A DNA stretch of 64,000 nucleotides from a bacterium. Its GTDB lineage: Bacteria; Verrucomicrobiota; Verrucomicrobiia; Verrucomicrobiales; V1-33. A program made the position numbers and the translations under genes. Shown here piece by piece: positions 39,201 through 47,394 of the stretch. The notes under the pieces were generated by a model, which was not told the origin of the DNA, searched no databases, and saw only the letters and a program-made list of their open reading frames with translations. Every line of letters begins with the position of its first letter. Within the stretch, counting starts at the first letter, position 1. The DNA is taken from assembly GCA_031411255.1 (NCBI GenBank), contig JANOAS010000115.1:12579-76578 (forward strand). The letters run 5' to 3'.

Positions 39201-41949
39201 TCTCCAGGTTTACGGTACCGACTGGGCCAGCTGGAAAGAGGAGAACGGGGTGAAGATCAAGCTCACGGCGGACAAGGAGAAGTACCACGCCGGAGAGGTG
39301 GCGCACGTTTTGGTGAAGTCGCCGGTGCTGGGCCGCGCCCTCGTCACGGTGGAGCGGCTGAAGGTGCAGCGTCACTTTTTCACCGAAATCCAGAGCAACG
39401 CGCAGGCCGTGGACGTGCCGGTGGAGGCGGGTGATGCGCCGAATGTGTTTGTCTCCGTCATGGTCATTCGTGGTGCGGCGGATGACACGAGGCAGTTCAA
39501 ACAGCCGGAGTACAAGGTGGGCTTCTGCCAGCTGAATGTCGAGGACACTGCGACCCAGCTGGGCGTGGCGGTGACAACGGCAAAGCCGGAGTACCAGCCG
39601 GGCGAGGAAATCGAGGCGACGGCGACGATCACGACGCAGGGCAAGCCTGCAGCGGGTGCCGAAGTGACCTTCTGGGCGGTGGACGAGGGCGTGCTGAGCC
39701 TGGTGCAATACGAGACGCCCACGCCGTGGGACGAATTCCACACCACGGAGATGCTGGGGGTGGACACGGGGCTCTCGCTCATTTCCCTGCTGCCGGAAAA
39801 CCCGAAGGAGCTGGAATTTACGAACAAGGGCTACATGATAGGCGGAGGCGGAAACGAGGACGCGATGCAGGAGAAGATGCGGAAGAATTTCAAGCCGACC
39901 GCCTTCTGGGAGGCGGATCTGAAGGCGGACGCGGCGGGCGTGGTGCGGGTGAAATTCAAGGCGCCGGACAACCTGACGAAGTTCCGCGTGATGGCGGTGG
40001 CGGTTTCCGGGGCGGACAAGTTTGGCAGCGGGGAGGGGAGTTTCCTGACGAACAAGCCGCTCATGCTGGAGCCGGCGCTGCCGCGTTTTGCCAACGTGGG
40101 GGACGAGGTCATGCTGAAGGGCATCCTCATGAACACGACGAAGGAAGCCATGAAGGTGGACGTGGCCCTCACTCTGGACGCTACGGCAAAAGCCGCCGGT
40201 CCCGTCACCCAGAGTGTGGATCTGCCCGCCGGGGCGACGAAGGCGGTGCTTTTCCCGGTGGTCTTCACCGAGCCCGGTCCGGCCAAGTGGCGCTGGGCGG
40301 CTACGGCGGGCACGCTGACGGACGCCGTCCAGTCCACGCTGGAGATCGGCCTGGCCGAGCCGTGGCTGCGCGAGATCAAGTTTGCCTCCGTCTCCGGGCC
40401 GAGCGGGGAAAACCGGCTCGCCAGGGTGAATCCCGAGCTGCTGGCGGGCAAAGGGCAGGTGGAAGTGACGCTGTCCAACTGCAGCCTGGGTGAAGCCGCA
40501 GAGGCCGTCTCCTGGCTTCTCCACTATCCGTATGGCTGCGCGGAGCAGACCTCGTCCGCAGCGCTGCCGTGGATCGCGCTCAACGGCAATCGCGACGCCC
40601 TGCCCAACGTGAGCAAGTCCCCCGAGGACGCGAAGAAAGCCCTGCGCACCGCCGTGAACCGCCTGCTCTCCATGCAGACGGCCAGCGGCGGTCTGGCCTA
40701 CTGGCCGGGCGGGGCGAAGGCCGAGTTGTGGATCAGCTGCTACGGCGGCATGGTGCTCGCCCTTTGCCAGCAAAATGGCGCCGTGGTGCCGAAGCCGCGC
40801 CTCGACGAACTCGCCAACTACCTCTCCGAGCAACTGCGGAACTCGGCCGCACTCAGCAAGCCGGGCGAGCTAACCTACCGGTGCTTCGCCGCCTACACCC
40901 TCAGCCTGCTTGGTCGTGCGGAGCCCGGCTACCACGAGGTGCTGGCGAAAAAGCTGGCCCTGCTTCCCGCTCCGGCGCGGGCCTTCCTGGCCCTGGCCAT
41001 CACCGGCAGCGGCGGGGATCGCGGACGTGCGGAAAAACTGCTGACCGCTCCGGTGGATCCGAAGCTGGAAGGCTGGCGCGGCAATCTTTTTGACAGCCCG
41101 ATGACCTCCGTTTCCCTCATGGCCTGGACGAAGGTCGCACCGCGTTCCCCGCAGGTGGCGGCGCTCACCGGGAGGCTCCTCCAAGAGCGTTCCCCGCGCG
41201 GGACCTGGCGCACCACCTATGACAGCGCCTGGGCCGTCACTGCGCTGGCCGCCGAGACTCAGGCCAATGCCAAAGGACTGAAACCCACCGACGTCACCCT
41301 GGCCTGGGCCGGTCAGGAGCAAAAGGTGAGCTTCCCCGGCTCGCCCGCCACCCGCAGCATCGTGGTCGCCCTCCAGCCAAAAACAGCGCTCACCCTGGCC
41401 AGCCCGGCTGGCACGAGTTTCCGCGCCTGTCTCTCCGCGAAAGCCCGCCCGCCACGCGTGCCGATGGACGCCCGCAGCCAGGGGCTCACCATTTCCCGCA
41501 CCTACAAGAAACTCGCCCCAGACGGCACCACCAGCGCGGTCGAGGGCTTGGAGGTCGGGGATCTGGTCGTCATCGACCTCGCCGTGGACGTGCCCGGTGC
41601 GTGCGACTACCTCGCCATCGACGACGCCCTCCCCGCGACGCTGGAGGCGCTGAACCCGGAGTTCAAGAGCATGGCCACCGCCACCGCCGCCCCCGGCCAG
41701 CCTGCGGCCATGCGCGCCCTGCCCATCAGCTTCAGCGAACTCCGCGCCGACCGCGGGCTCTTCTTCTGCGATGAACTCTGGCAGGGCGGCCGCTACGGCG
41801 TGCAATACCTGGCCCGCGTCACTGCGGAGGGCAGCGTCACCGCCCCGCCCGCCAAGGCCGAGCTGATGTACGACCCCGACAAGTTCGGCCTCAGCGCCGC
41901 CCAGGTGCTGAAGAGCGCCCCCTCCGCGCCTCCGGTGGCGGGGAAATGA
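36226..41949 (+). CDS. Bacterial alpha-2-macroglobulin family protein
   Basis: FTDRPVYRPG, AVDEGVLSL, PDNLTKFRV, thioester motif YPYGCAEQ, PPAKAELMY. Confidence 0.93.
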   Translation: MKRTAFFLLLAAVAAVALVSSLHAQTPQPAGVQARFSTRLLTAATSLELRFPTDMVPDNKMGEAEESPVVVKPAWKGRFVWRSQSSGTFEPLEAPAMGQTHQFSLKEGLADLAGAPVAAGAGWKAEVAGLAVTDRFPNSFSAKNAPREPRLILLFNSPVTAAAAGRSLSYVAKGAQMPAVVSQAALKDLPPSYELNQGFTQRLLTPLGPEADRAKLPPDTVLPHVLVVKPQQPLPVAENWRLVLAAGLSSADGKVKTAEEDAIGIGTVPPLAVKNIYASNELNEPKRLVVYFNKDLAQDVTGEQAGKLVSVSPAPAGMKIALPKDDRRIEIDGEFSVQTPYTVTVAPGLKALDGTEMTEAGQDSVTFEPVAPAVALPAFSASQLSTGLRAFAVQTANMKNLTVRVKQVDRDSLIYALRAWRTYENGPEVKEEKKQGEDDSNYYRIPFDTMPGRKVYEKTHESAVALDRSEDIELKWADVVGEAKAAALFITAEGEPKDEIAKRKKHGAQAFVQLTDLGLAWKTTAKEAMVFVFSHATGQPLAGVELTMLDHDNRKKASAKTAADGTAVLPRTGAEWLMAELAGDLHAVEFASPQTLGMWQFQVPYDYDRTDEAKRRVITFTDRPVYRPGDSVFFKVLARQVTTAGFSLPPALAKATLKVHDAQGRLLTERQVTVSETGGIDGAVALPAGGSLGEYQLTFIFPPSKPAKEGEDEESEDGRSFMHTVLVQDYKPNTFSIAMNEPDLKLDGEKASLPLSAKYMLGKSLSKAKLAWTAEVHRDSFSSEAFPDFTFLDHRGSYYYDEDGWHEVPEEEVTQSLVTGQEKTALSDKGAAVLEFAVPEAPFAGSPRELRVTAEVTDVNQQTITERFTHVLPSSDFYLGLGDVDMAVGAGDTVPVEFCAAGNDGQPWREAVEAKLTIEKVSWTQVRVQTAGGGSNVRNEAKKEIVAEAPVKILPKGQNTEPYLFKAAKPGYYQVTVRSKDGKGRSVQSSTSLQVYGTDWASWKEENGVKIKLTADKEKYHAGEVAHVLVKSPVLGRALVTVERLKVQRHFFTEIQSNAQAVDVPVEAGDAPNVFVSVMVIRGAADDTRQFKQPEYKVGFCQLNVEDTATQLGVAVTTAKPEYQPGEEIEATATITTQGKPAAGAEVTFWAVDEGVLSLVQYETPTPWDEFHTTEMLGVDTGLSLISLLPENPKELEFTNKGYMIGGGGNEDAMQEKMRKNFKPTAFWEADLKADAAGVVRVKFKAPDNLTKFRVMAVAVSGADKFGSGEGSFLTNKPLMLEPALPRFANVGDEVMLKGILMNTTKEAMKVDVALTLDATAKAAGPVTQSVDLPAGATKAVLFPVVFTEPGPAKWRWAATAGTLTDAVQSTLEIGLAEPWLREIKFASVSGPSGENRLARVNPELLAGKGQVEVTLSNCSLGEAAEAVSWLLHYPYGCAEQTSSAALPWIALNGNRDALPNVSKSPEDAKKALRTAVNRLLSMQTASGGLAYWPGGAKAELWISCYGGMVLALCQQNGAVVPKPRLDELANYLSEQLRNSAALSKPGELTYRCFAAYTLSLLGRAEPGYHEVLAKKLALLPAPARAFLALAITGSGGDRGRAEKLLTAPVDPKLEGWRGNLFDSPMTSVSLMAWTKVAPRSPQVAALTGRLLQERSPRGTWRTTYDSAWAVTALAAETQANAKGLKPTDVTLAWAGQEQKVSFPGSPATRSIVVALQPKTALTLASPAGTSFRACLSAKARPPRVPMDARSQGLTISRTYKKLAPDGTTSAVEGLEVGDLVVIDLAVDVPGACDYLAIDDALPATLEALNPEFKSMATATAAPGQPAAMRALPISFSELRADRGLFFCDELWQGGRYGVQYLARVTAEGSVTAPPAKAELMYDPDKFGLSAAQVLKSAPSAPPVAGK

Positions 41950-42025
41950 CGGGGCACCTTCACCCAAGCGCGAGCTGTTCCCTTGGGCGGGGTTCTCCTG
42001 AAGGGAATTTAACGTTTGTTATGAA

Positions 42026-42063
42026 AGACGCTGTTTGACACAACGTCTGCCATAGCGGACAAT
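42026..42063 (+). promoter_or_regulatory. Sigma70-like promoter (TTGACA-17 bp-GACAAT) overlapped by two inverted repeats
   Basis: -35 at 42035-42040, -10 at 42058-42063; IR agacgctgt/acaacgtct; imperfect palindrome gtctgccatagcggac. Confidence 0.65.
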
Positions 42064-42070
42064 TTCGGCC

Positions 42071-42385
42071 ATGTCAACGACGCCATCCCTGCCGCTTCCC
42101 GCCGCCCATGCGCTCCGCAAGCTGGGGCGCGACCTCGCGCTGGCGCGCCGCAAGAGGGGCATCGCCACCGCCGACATGGCAGAGCGGCTTTTCATCAGCC
42201 GCGATACTCTCTGGCGGATGGAGCGTGGTGATCCCAGCGTGGCTGTCGGCACGCTCGCGACCGCCGCGTTTGTCCTTCAGTTGCACGACCGTCTCGCCAA
42301 CCTTGCCGCCCCTGCCACCGACGCGCTGGCGCTCAGCCTGGATGAACGCCGCCTGCCCAAACGAATCCGCCGTACTCGTGCATGA
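42071..42385 (+). CDS. XRE-family HTH protein, putative HipB-like antitoxin
   Basis: LARRKRGI..MAERLFISRDTLWRMERGDPSV; ATGA overlap with the HipA gene. Confidence 0.85.
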   Translation: MSTTPSLPLPAAHALRKLGRDLALARRKRGIATADMAERLFISRDTLWRMERGDPSVAVGTLATAAFVLQLHDRLANLAAPATDALALSLDERRLPKRIRRTRA

Positions 42386-43611
42386 GCGTCGAGGTTTACA
42401 TCGACTGGGAGGGCGAAACGCATCACGCCGGCCGTCTGCACACGGCGGAGCGCAGTGCCTCTGTTACTTTTGAATACACCCACTCGTGGCTTCAGCGGCC
42501 GGGGGCATTTGCCATCGACCCAACATCGTTGCCTTTGCGTGCCGGAGCCCACCACAGTTCCGTGCTTTTCGGCGCGATGCAGGATTGCGGGCCGGATCGC
42601 TGGGGACGGGTGCTGATTGAGCGGGCCGTTCGGAAGCGCCTGCTCGACCGCAAGCCGTATCAGGATATCGACTACGTTCTGGCGCTCGACGACGCCTCCC
42701 GCATCGGAGCGCTCCGTTTTCGCGCAGACCCTGGTGCTCCGTTTTCAATGAGTGGAGGCGGAAAAATCCCGCCGCTTGTGCAAGTCAACACCCTGCTCAA
42801 CGCTGCCAATGCCGTTCATGGTGAAACGGAGACCGCTCAGGACCTTCGTTTTCTCCTTGGTCAGGGCTCGCCGCTCGGCGGGGCGCGGCCAAAGTCTGCG
42901 GTGCTCCTCGCCAACGGCCGGCTCGCCATCGCCAAGTTTCCCAAACCCGACGACGTGCGCGACATTGCCGCCGGTGAAATCCTCGCCCTCACGCTCGCAG
43001 AAAAGGCGGGCGTGACGGTTTCTGAGCATCAATTAGTGGAAGTGAAGGGAAAAAACGTCTCAGTCATCACTAGGTTCGACCGGATTGGCCAGCAGCGCAT
43101 CCCGTTCATCTCTGCGCACAGCCTCCTCGGCCTCGTGCCTGGCCAGTCCGGTGCCTACTCCATGCTTGCTGATGGCATCCGCCAGCTCGGCGACGATACC
43201 ACGAATGACCTGCGTGAACTGTGGCGTCGTCTGGTTTTCTCGCTCCTCGCCAGCAACTGCGACGATCACCTGCGCAACCACGGATTCCTGATGCGCACGG
43301 CCGGCCACTGGGCGCTCTCTCCTGCGTACGATGTCAATCCTGTGCCCGAGATTGATCGCACACAACTGCACAAGACGCCCATCACGGAGGATGACGATGA
43401 ACCCAGCATTGAGGCGGCTCTGGCCAGTGCTCCGCGCTTTGGGCTGAAAGGAGCCGCAGCCAAAGTCGTCCTGCGGGAAGTCTTCGATGCCGTCTCCAAC
43501 TGGCGCAAAACCGGCCGCCAACTCCGCCTCAGCGCGTCAACGCTGGACGCGTACGCCACCGCTTTCGAGAATCCCCTCATGGATGAAGCCCGGAGTCTTT
43601 TTTCGGCTTGA
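42382..43611 (+). CDS. hipA: HipA-family kinase toxin
   Basis: PDRWGR, GSPLGGARPK, IAKFP, RFDR, N.DDHLRNHGF, LSPAYDVNP. Confidence 0.9.
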   Translation: MSVEVYIDWEGETHHAGRLHTAERSASVTFEYTHSWLQRPGAFAIDPTSLPLRAGAHHSSVLFGAMQDCGPDRWGRVLIERAVRKRLLDRKPYQDIDYVLALDDASRIGALRFRADPGAPFSMSGGGKIPPLVQVNTLLNAANAVHGETETAQDLRFLLGQGSPLGGARPKSAVLLANGRLAIAKFPKPDDVRDIAAGEILALTLAEKAGVTVSEHQLVEVKGKNVSVITRFDRIGQQRIPFISAHSLLGLVPGQSGAYSMLADGIRQLGDDTTNDLRELWRRLVFSLLASNCDDHLRNHGFLMRTAGHWALSPAYDVNPVPEIDRTQLHKTPITEDDDEPSIEAALASAPRFGLKGAAAKVVLREVFDAVSNWRKTGRQLRLSASTLDAYATAFENPLMDEARSLFSA

Positions 43612-43650
43612 GGGGATGGCCTAGGAACGTGACGCAAATCGCCCTGCAGG

Positions 43651-43902
43651 ATGCCCTCAACAGCTCCCAACCCCGGCTGGGGCTGGTCTGGAATTGCGGG
43701 CGCGTATCCGGACAGGCTGGAGGAGCTGGCTCCGTTTTTCCCCGGCGGGGTGCCGCGGGATCCGGCCACGGGGCAGCCGTTTTTCTACGAGAAGGCGCCG
43801 GAGGGCGGCTGCCGGCTCTGGAGTGCGGGCTGGGACCAGAAAAACGATGGCGGTACGGACGAAGCGAAGGACGTGGTCTACAGGCTGCCGAAGCCGAATT
43901 GA
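43651..43902 (+). pseudogene. 3' remnant of a gene with a GspG-C-like motif
   Basis: YPDRLEEL.P...VPRDPATGQPFFY...RLWSAGWDQKNDGG resembles a pseudopilin-type C-terminal motif; no credible N-terminus. Confidence 0.55.
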
Positions 43903-44022
43903 CGCTCCCAGGTGCCGGGAAGTGGGAGATTCCACTATTGAGAGATTCTTCACTTTTCCGTGGAAATCCTGCCACGGAGGGGCACAATGCCCGCGTTTCC
44001 ACACCCCATATAAAAAACCATC

Positions 44023-44931
44023 ATGTCCGCCGCTGCTCCTGCTGCTCCTCCTGTTGAGGGGGAAAAACTGACGAAAAAAGCCCTGACCGCCGACCACCCG
44101 ACGTGGTGTCCCGGTTGTGGCGACTTCGCCGTTCTGGCGGCGTTTTACAAGGTTCTGGAAAAGCTGCAAATCCCTCACGAGAAGATTGTTTGCGTGGCCG
44201 GCATCGGCTGCTCCAGCCGCTTCCCGTATTTCGTGAACAGCCACGGCATCCACTTCATTCACGGTCGCGCCCTGCCCCTGGCGACGGGCATTTCCCTGAG
44301 CCGCCCGGACGTTCACGTCTTCGTTTTTGGCGGTGATGGCGACGGCTTCAGCATCGGCGGCAACCACCTGAACCACGCCGCACGGAAAAACATCAACCTG
44401 ACCTACGTCATCATGGACAACTTTGTCTACGGCCTGACGAAGAACCAGACGAGCCCGACCAGTCCCATCGGCTACAAGTCCAAGACGGACCCGACCGGCG
44501 CGGTCGACCAGCCGATCAACCCGATGAAACAACTGCTGGCCAGCGGAGCGAGCTTCATCGGCCGCACGCACGCAATGCAGGTGGCCCACATGATGGACAT
44601 CTTCACCCGCGCCATCCAGCACAAGGGATTCAGCGTCGTGGAGTGCCTGTCGGAGTGCATCATGTTCTTCCCCGGTTCCTTCGACGACGGCAACCCGCGC
44701 AAGGGTGGAACCTTCGACGTGATCGACGAAACCCAGCACGACGTGACGAGCGAAGTCGACGCCTTCAAGGTGGCCGAGCTGCAGTACCCGGGGAAATTTG
44801 GCGTCTTCTACAAAAAGGAGCGTCCCTCCAAGAACGAGCTGGAGCAGAAGTGGATCGACTCGACCCGCGCCAAGCTCGACGGAGCGAGCCAGAAGGATAT
44901 TCTGCGCAAGCGCTTCGAGGCGATGAGGTAA
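44023..44931 (+). CDS. 2-oxoacid:ferredoxin oxidoreductase beta subunit (TPP-binding)
   Basis: WCPGCGDF, GIGCSSR, IHGRALP, GGDGDGFSIGGNH, YGLTKNQTSPT. Confidence 0.94.
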   Translation: MSAAAPAAPPVEGEKLTKKALTADHPTWCPGCGDFAVLAAFYKVLEKLQIPHEKIVCVAGIGCSSRFPYFVNSHGIHFIHGRALPLATGISLSRPDVHVFVFGGDGDGFSIGGNHLNHAARKNINLTYVIMDNFVYGLTKNQTSPTSPIGYKSKTDPTGAVDQPINPMKQLLASGASFIGRTHAMQVAHMMDIFTRAIQHKGFSVVECLSECIMFFPGSFDDGNPRKGGTFDVIDETQHDVTSEVDAFKVAELQYPGKFGVFYKKERPSKNELEQKWIDSTRAKLDGASQKDILRKRFEAMR

Positions 44932-45116
44932 GTTTGTTTGCCGGCTTTGCTGTCGGCTTTCCTGTTCCCCCGGCGGGCCGCTCGCAAGGAGGCTGGCGCG
45001 GGGGGGACGGTGGCAGTCCTGAGTGGCGGGGTGTCTGCCGGAGAACGTGGGGTCGCGTTTTTTCCGACGGAAGAGAGGGCGGCGACGGGGAGTCGGGCGG
45101 CAGCTTTGCCCGGAAC

Positions 45117-46535
45117 TCAGGGCGCGAAGGGGGGAACGAGGCGGTAGAAGGCGCGGGTGAAGGAGGGAGCGTCGGGATCCGTGAAGGTGGTGGTGGCGGC
45201 AGTGGCGCGGGAGGCGCTGATCGGTGCCCAATTGCCGGGATCAAGGTCTGTGCTGCGCTCGATGACGACGGTCTGCATGAGCGTGGAGGGCCAGGTGAGG
45301 CGAAGGGTGTGAGCCGGGAGCAGGGCGGAGGTGAGGCTGGCGGGCACGCTGACGGGCATGAGTGGTGGGAAGGCTGGATTCATGCTGGCGGAGACGACCC
45401 AGATGAAGCCGCTGTCGTTGCAGACGCCAATGAGGGCTCCGTTGGGCGCGAGGGTGATGGCGCGGGGCTGGGTGATGACCTGGACGCTGGCGAGGGGCGG
45501 GTGCGCGCCGTCTGGGACGGAGTAGACGTCTTTTTTGGCGAAGCCGGCGATGTATTTATGGATGTGACCGGTAGTGTCGATGTACCAGACGTTGCCGTCC
45601 TTGTGTCCGCAGAGGAAATAGGAGCCGTTCGGCAGGAAGGCGAGGCCGCGGGGTTCCTCGATGAAGCTGTTCAGGGCGAGCTGGCCATCGAACGGGAATG
45701 CCTGGGTGCCGTTGCCGGTGATGCGGGTGCGGAGGTTGACGCCGTCGATGCGCCAGAGCCCCTGCTCGATTTTAGTCGTGTCCTCCTCGGCGCGGTCGGT
45801 GACGTAGAGTTTGCCGTCCAACGGGTTGACGGCGAGGTTGGCCGGGTTGCGCCAGCCCATGGACTTGGCCTGGATGACCTGAATGCCTCCGGCGGCGGTC
45901 CATTTTTTCACCACGGCACCGTCGGCGATGATGGAGGGCGGAACGGGGGCGAACTCGTTCGTGTAGTAAATGGTCTGCTCATCCGGAGAAACCCAGAGTC
46001 CGCGGCCTGAGGGATACCAGTTCGGCTCCGGATCATTGACGATGGTGGTCATGATGCCGTTGCGGTCGACCTTGCGGATGCGGTGATTGCCGGGGTCGAG
46101 CAGGTAGAGAGTGCCGTCTGGAAGCACGTAAAGACCGTTGGTATTGTTCAGCTGGAGGCTGGTGGCAGGGGCGGGGCCGTCGCCGTTGAACCCGGCGGTG
46201 TGCGTCCCGGCGTAGGTGTGGACGGTGTGGTCGGGGTAAATGATGAGAACGGAATGGCTGGCCTTGTCCGCCACGTAGATGTTGCCGAAGGCGTCGGCGG
46301 CAGCCATGTGGGGGTTGCTCAGGATCATGCTGGTGCCCCGGGCACCCTCAAATGACGACTGCCACTGGTTGAAGGCGTTGCCGAAGGCGTCCTTCGTCAC
46401 GGCGACGTGCTGGCCGGCGATGGTGTGGATGGTGTCCATTCCATTGGACACGTCGAGAAACGCGTCGGCGGAGACGCGGGCGGCTGGAATGAGGCTGGTG
46501 GCGAGCAGGCAGAGGGTGGTGCGGAGGTGTTTCAT
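45117..46535 (-). CDS. Secreted NHL-repeat protein with C-terminal putative sorting domain
   Basis: Signal peptide; GNIYVAD, GFNGDGP.PA..L, NHRIRKVD..G; ends IERSTDL..NW..FTDP..AFYRLVPPFAP. Confidence 0.85.
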   Translation of the reverse strand: MKHLRTTLCLLATSLIPAARVSADAFLDVSNGMDTIHTIAGQHVAVTKDAFGNAFNQWQSSFEGARGTSMILSNPHMAAADAFGNIYVADKASHSVLIIYPDHTVHTYAGTHTAGFNGDGPAPATSLQLNNTNGLYVLPDGTLYLLDPGNHRIRKVDRNGIMTTIVNDPEPNWYPSGRGLWVSPDEQTIYYTNEFAPVPPSIIADGAVVKKWTAAGGIQVIQAKSMGWRNPANLAVNPLDGKLYVTDRAEEDTTKIEQGLWRIDGVNLRTRITGNGTQAFPFDGQLALNSFIEEPRGLAFLPNGSYFLCGHKDGNVWYIDTTGHIHKYIAGFAKKDVYSVPDGAHPPLASVQVITQPRAITLAPNGALIGVCNDSGFIWVVSASMNPAFPPLMPVSVPASLTSALLPAHTLRLTWPSTLMQTVVIERSTDLDPGNWAPISASRATAATTTFTDPDAPSFTRAFYRLVPPFAP

Positions 46536-46621
46536 GGCGGAGCTTTTCAGGGTGCAGAAAAGCCTAGTCCTGAATGTGTCGGAAGTGCCACATTTCTCGT
46601 GACAGTTCCCTCATGCACTCG

Positions 46622-47251
46622 TCATGAACGCAGCGCGGGAAAGCGGTCGAGGTCCGCCGGGGTGTCCACGTCGTGCAGCCAGTCGAGCAGGGTCACGGGC
46701 AGATCCTCCCGGTGGGCTGCGGCGAGGGTGGAGGTGAGGGTGTACTCCGTGCTCCACGGGATGCCGCGGAAAAGTGCGGGCGCGGGCTGGCTGAGCGCGA
46801 TGAGGTAATAGCCGCCATCGTGTGCAGGGCCGAGGACGACCGGGTTGCGCTCCAGTGCGGCGAAGGCCTGCTCCAGGTGGGCGGGGGCGAGTTCCGCACA
46901 GTCCGTCCCGATGGCGGCCACGTGCTGGAAGCCGGCGGCAAAGGCGGCGTGGAAAATGAATTCCAGCCGCTGCCCGAGGTCCGTGTCTGGAGGCTGGGCC
47001 TTGAAAATGGCGTGGGCGGGTGGGGAGAAAGCGTCCTGGATTTGGCCGGAGGCGTCCGGCGGGGTGTGGTAAAGCCAGAGCGCCGGGGCGGGGGAGAGGC
47101 CGGAAACCGACTGGAGAGTGTGGCCGACCAGCCTGCGGTAGACCGCAGCCGCCTCATCCGGCGTGAGCGGCGGGCAGAGGCGGGTTTTCACTTCCCCAGG
47201 CACGGGGGCCTTGAGAAAAACGATCAGCAGTCGGTTTGGTGAGGTTTCCAT
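46622..47251 (-). CDS. TIGR04282/DUF2064-type glycosyltransferase-like protein
   Basis: KAPVPGEVKTRL, DLGQRL, IGTDC, LGPAHDGGYYLI, IPWST, DVDTPADL. Confidence 0.88.
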   Translation of the reverse strand: METSPNRLLIVFLKAPVPGEVKTRLCPPLTPDEAAAVYRRLVGHTLQSVSGLSPAPALWLYHTPPDASGQIQDAFSPPAHAIFKAQPPDTDLGQRLEFIFHAAFAAGFQHVAAIGTDCAELAPAHLEQAFAALERNPVVLGPAHDGGYYLIALSQPAPALFRGIPWSTEYTLTSTLAAAHREDLPVTLLDWLHDVDTPADLDRFPALRS

Positions 47252-47394
47252 AATTGTCAATCAGTCCAAGTTTCTAAGATTTTCAAAACAAATCATTGCC
47301 ACCATGGCGCGGGGCGGTTAAAATTTTCCGCCGGACGGGCGGGGGAATTCGTCAGTCTGGCATAAGAGAATCAGCAGTTTACCCCAGAAAAGAA

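Noticed and set aside
38563..40833. 756-aa antisense ORF and similar long shadow ORFs (e.g. 7306-8916, 43657-45231, 48487-50007, 50382-51908, 60696-62471)
   Set aside because: They lie opposite well-supported genes, have no recognisable motifs, and are expected from stop-codon scarcity at high GC.
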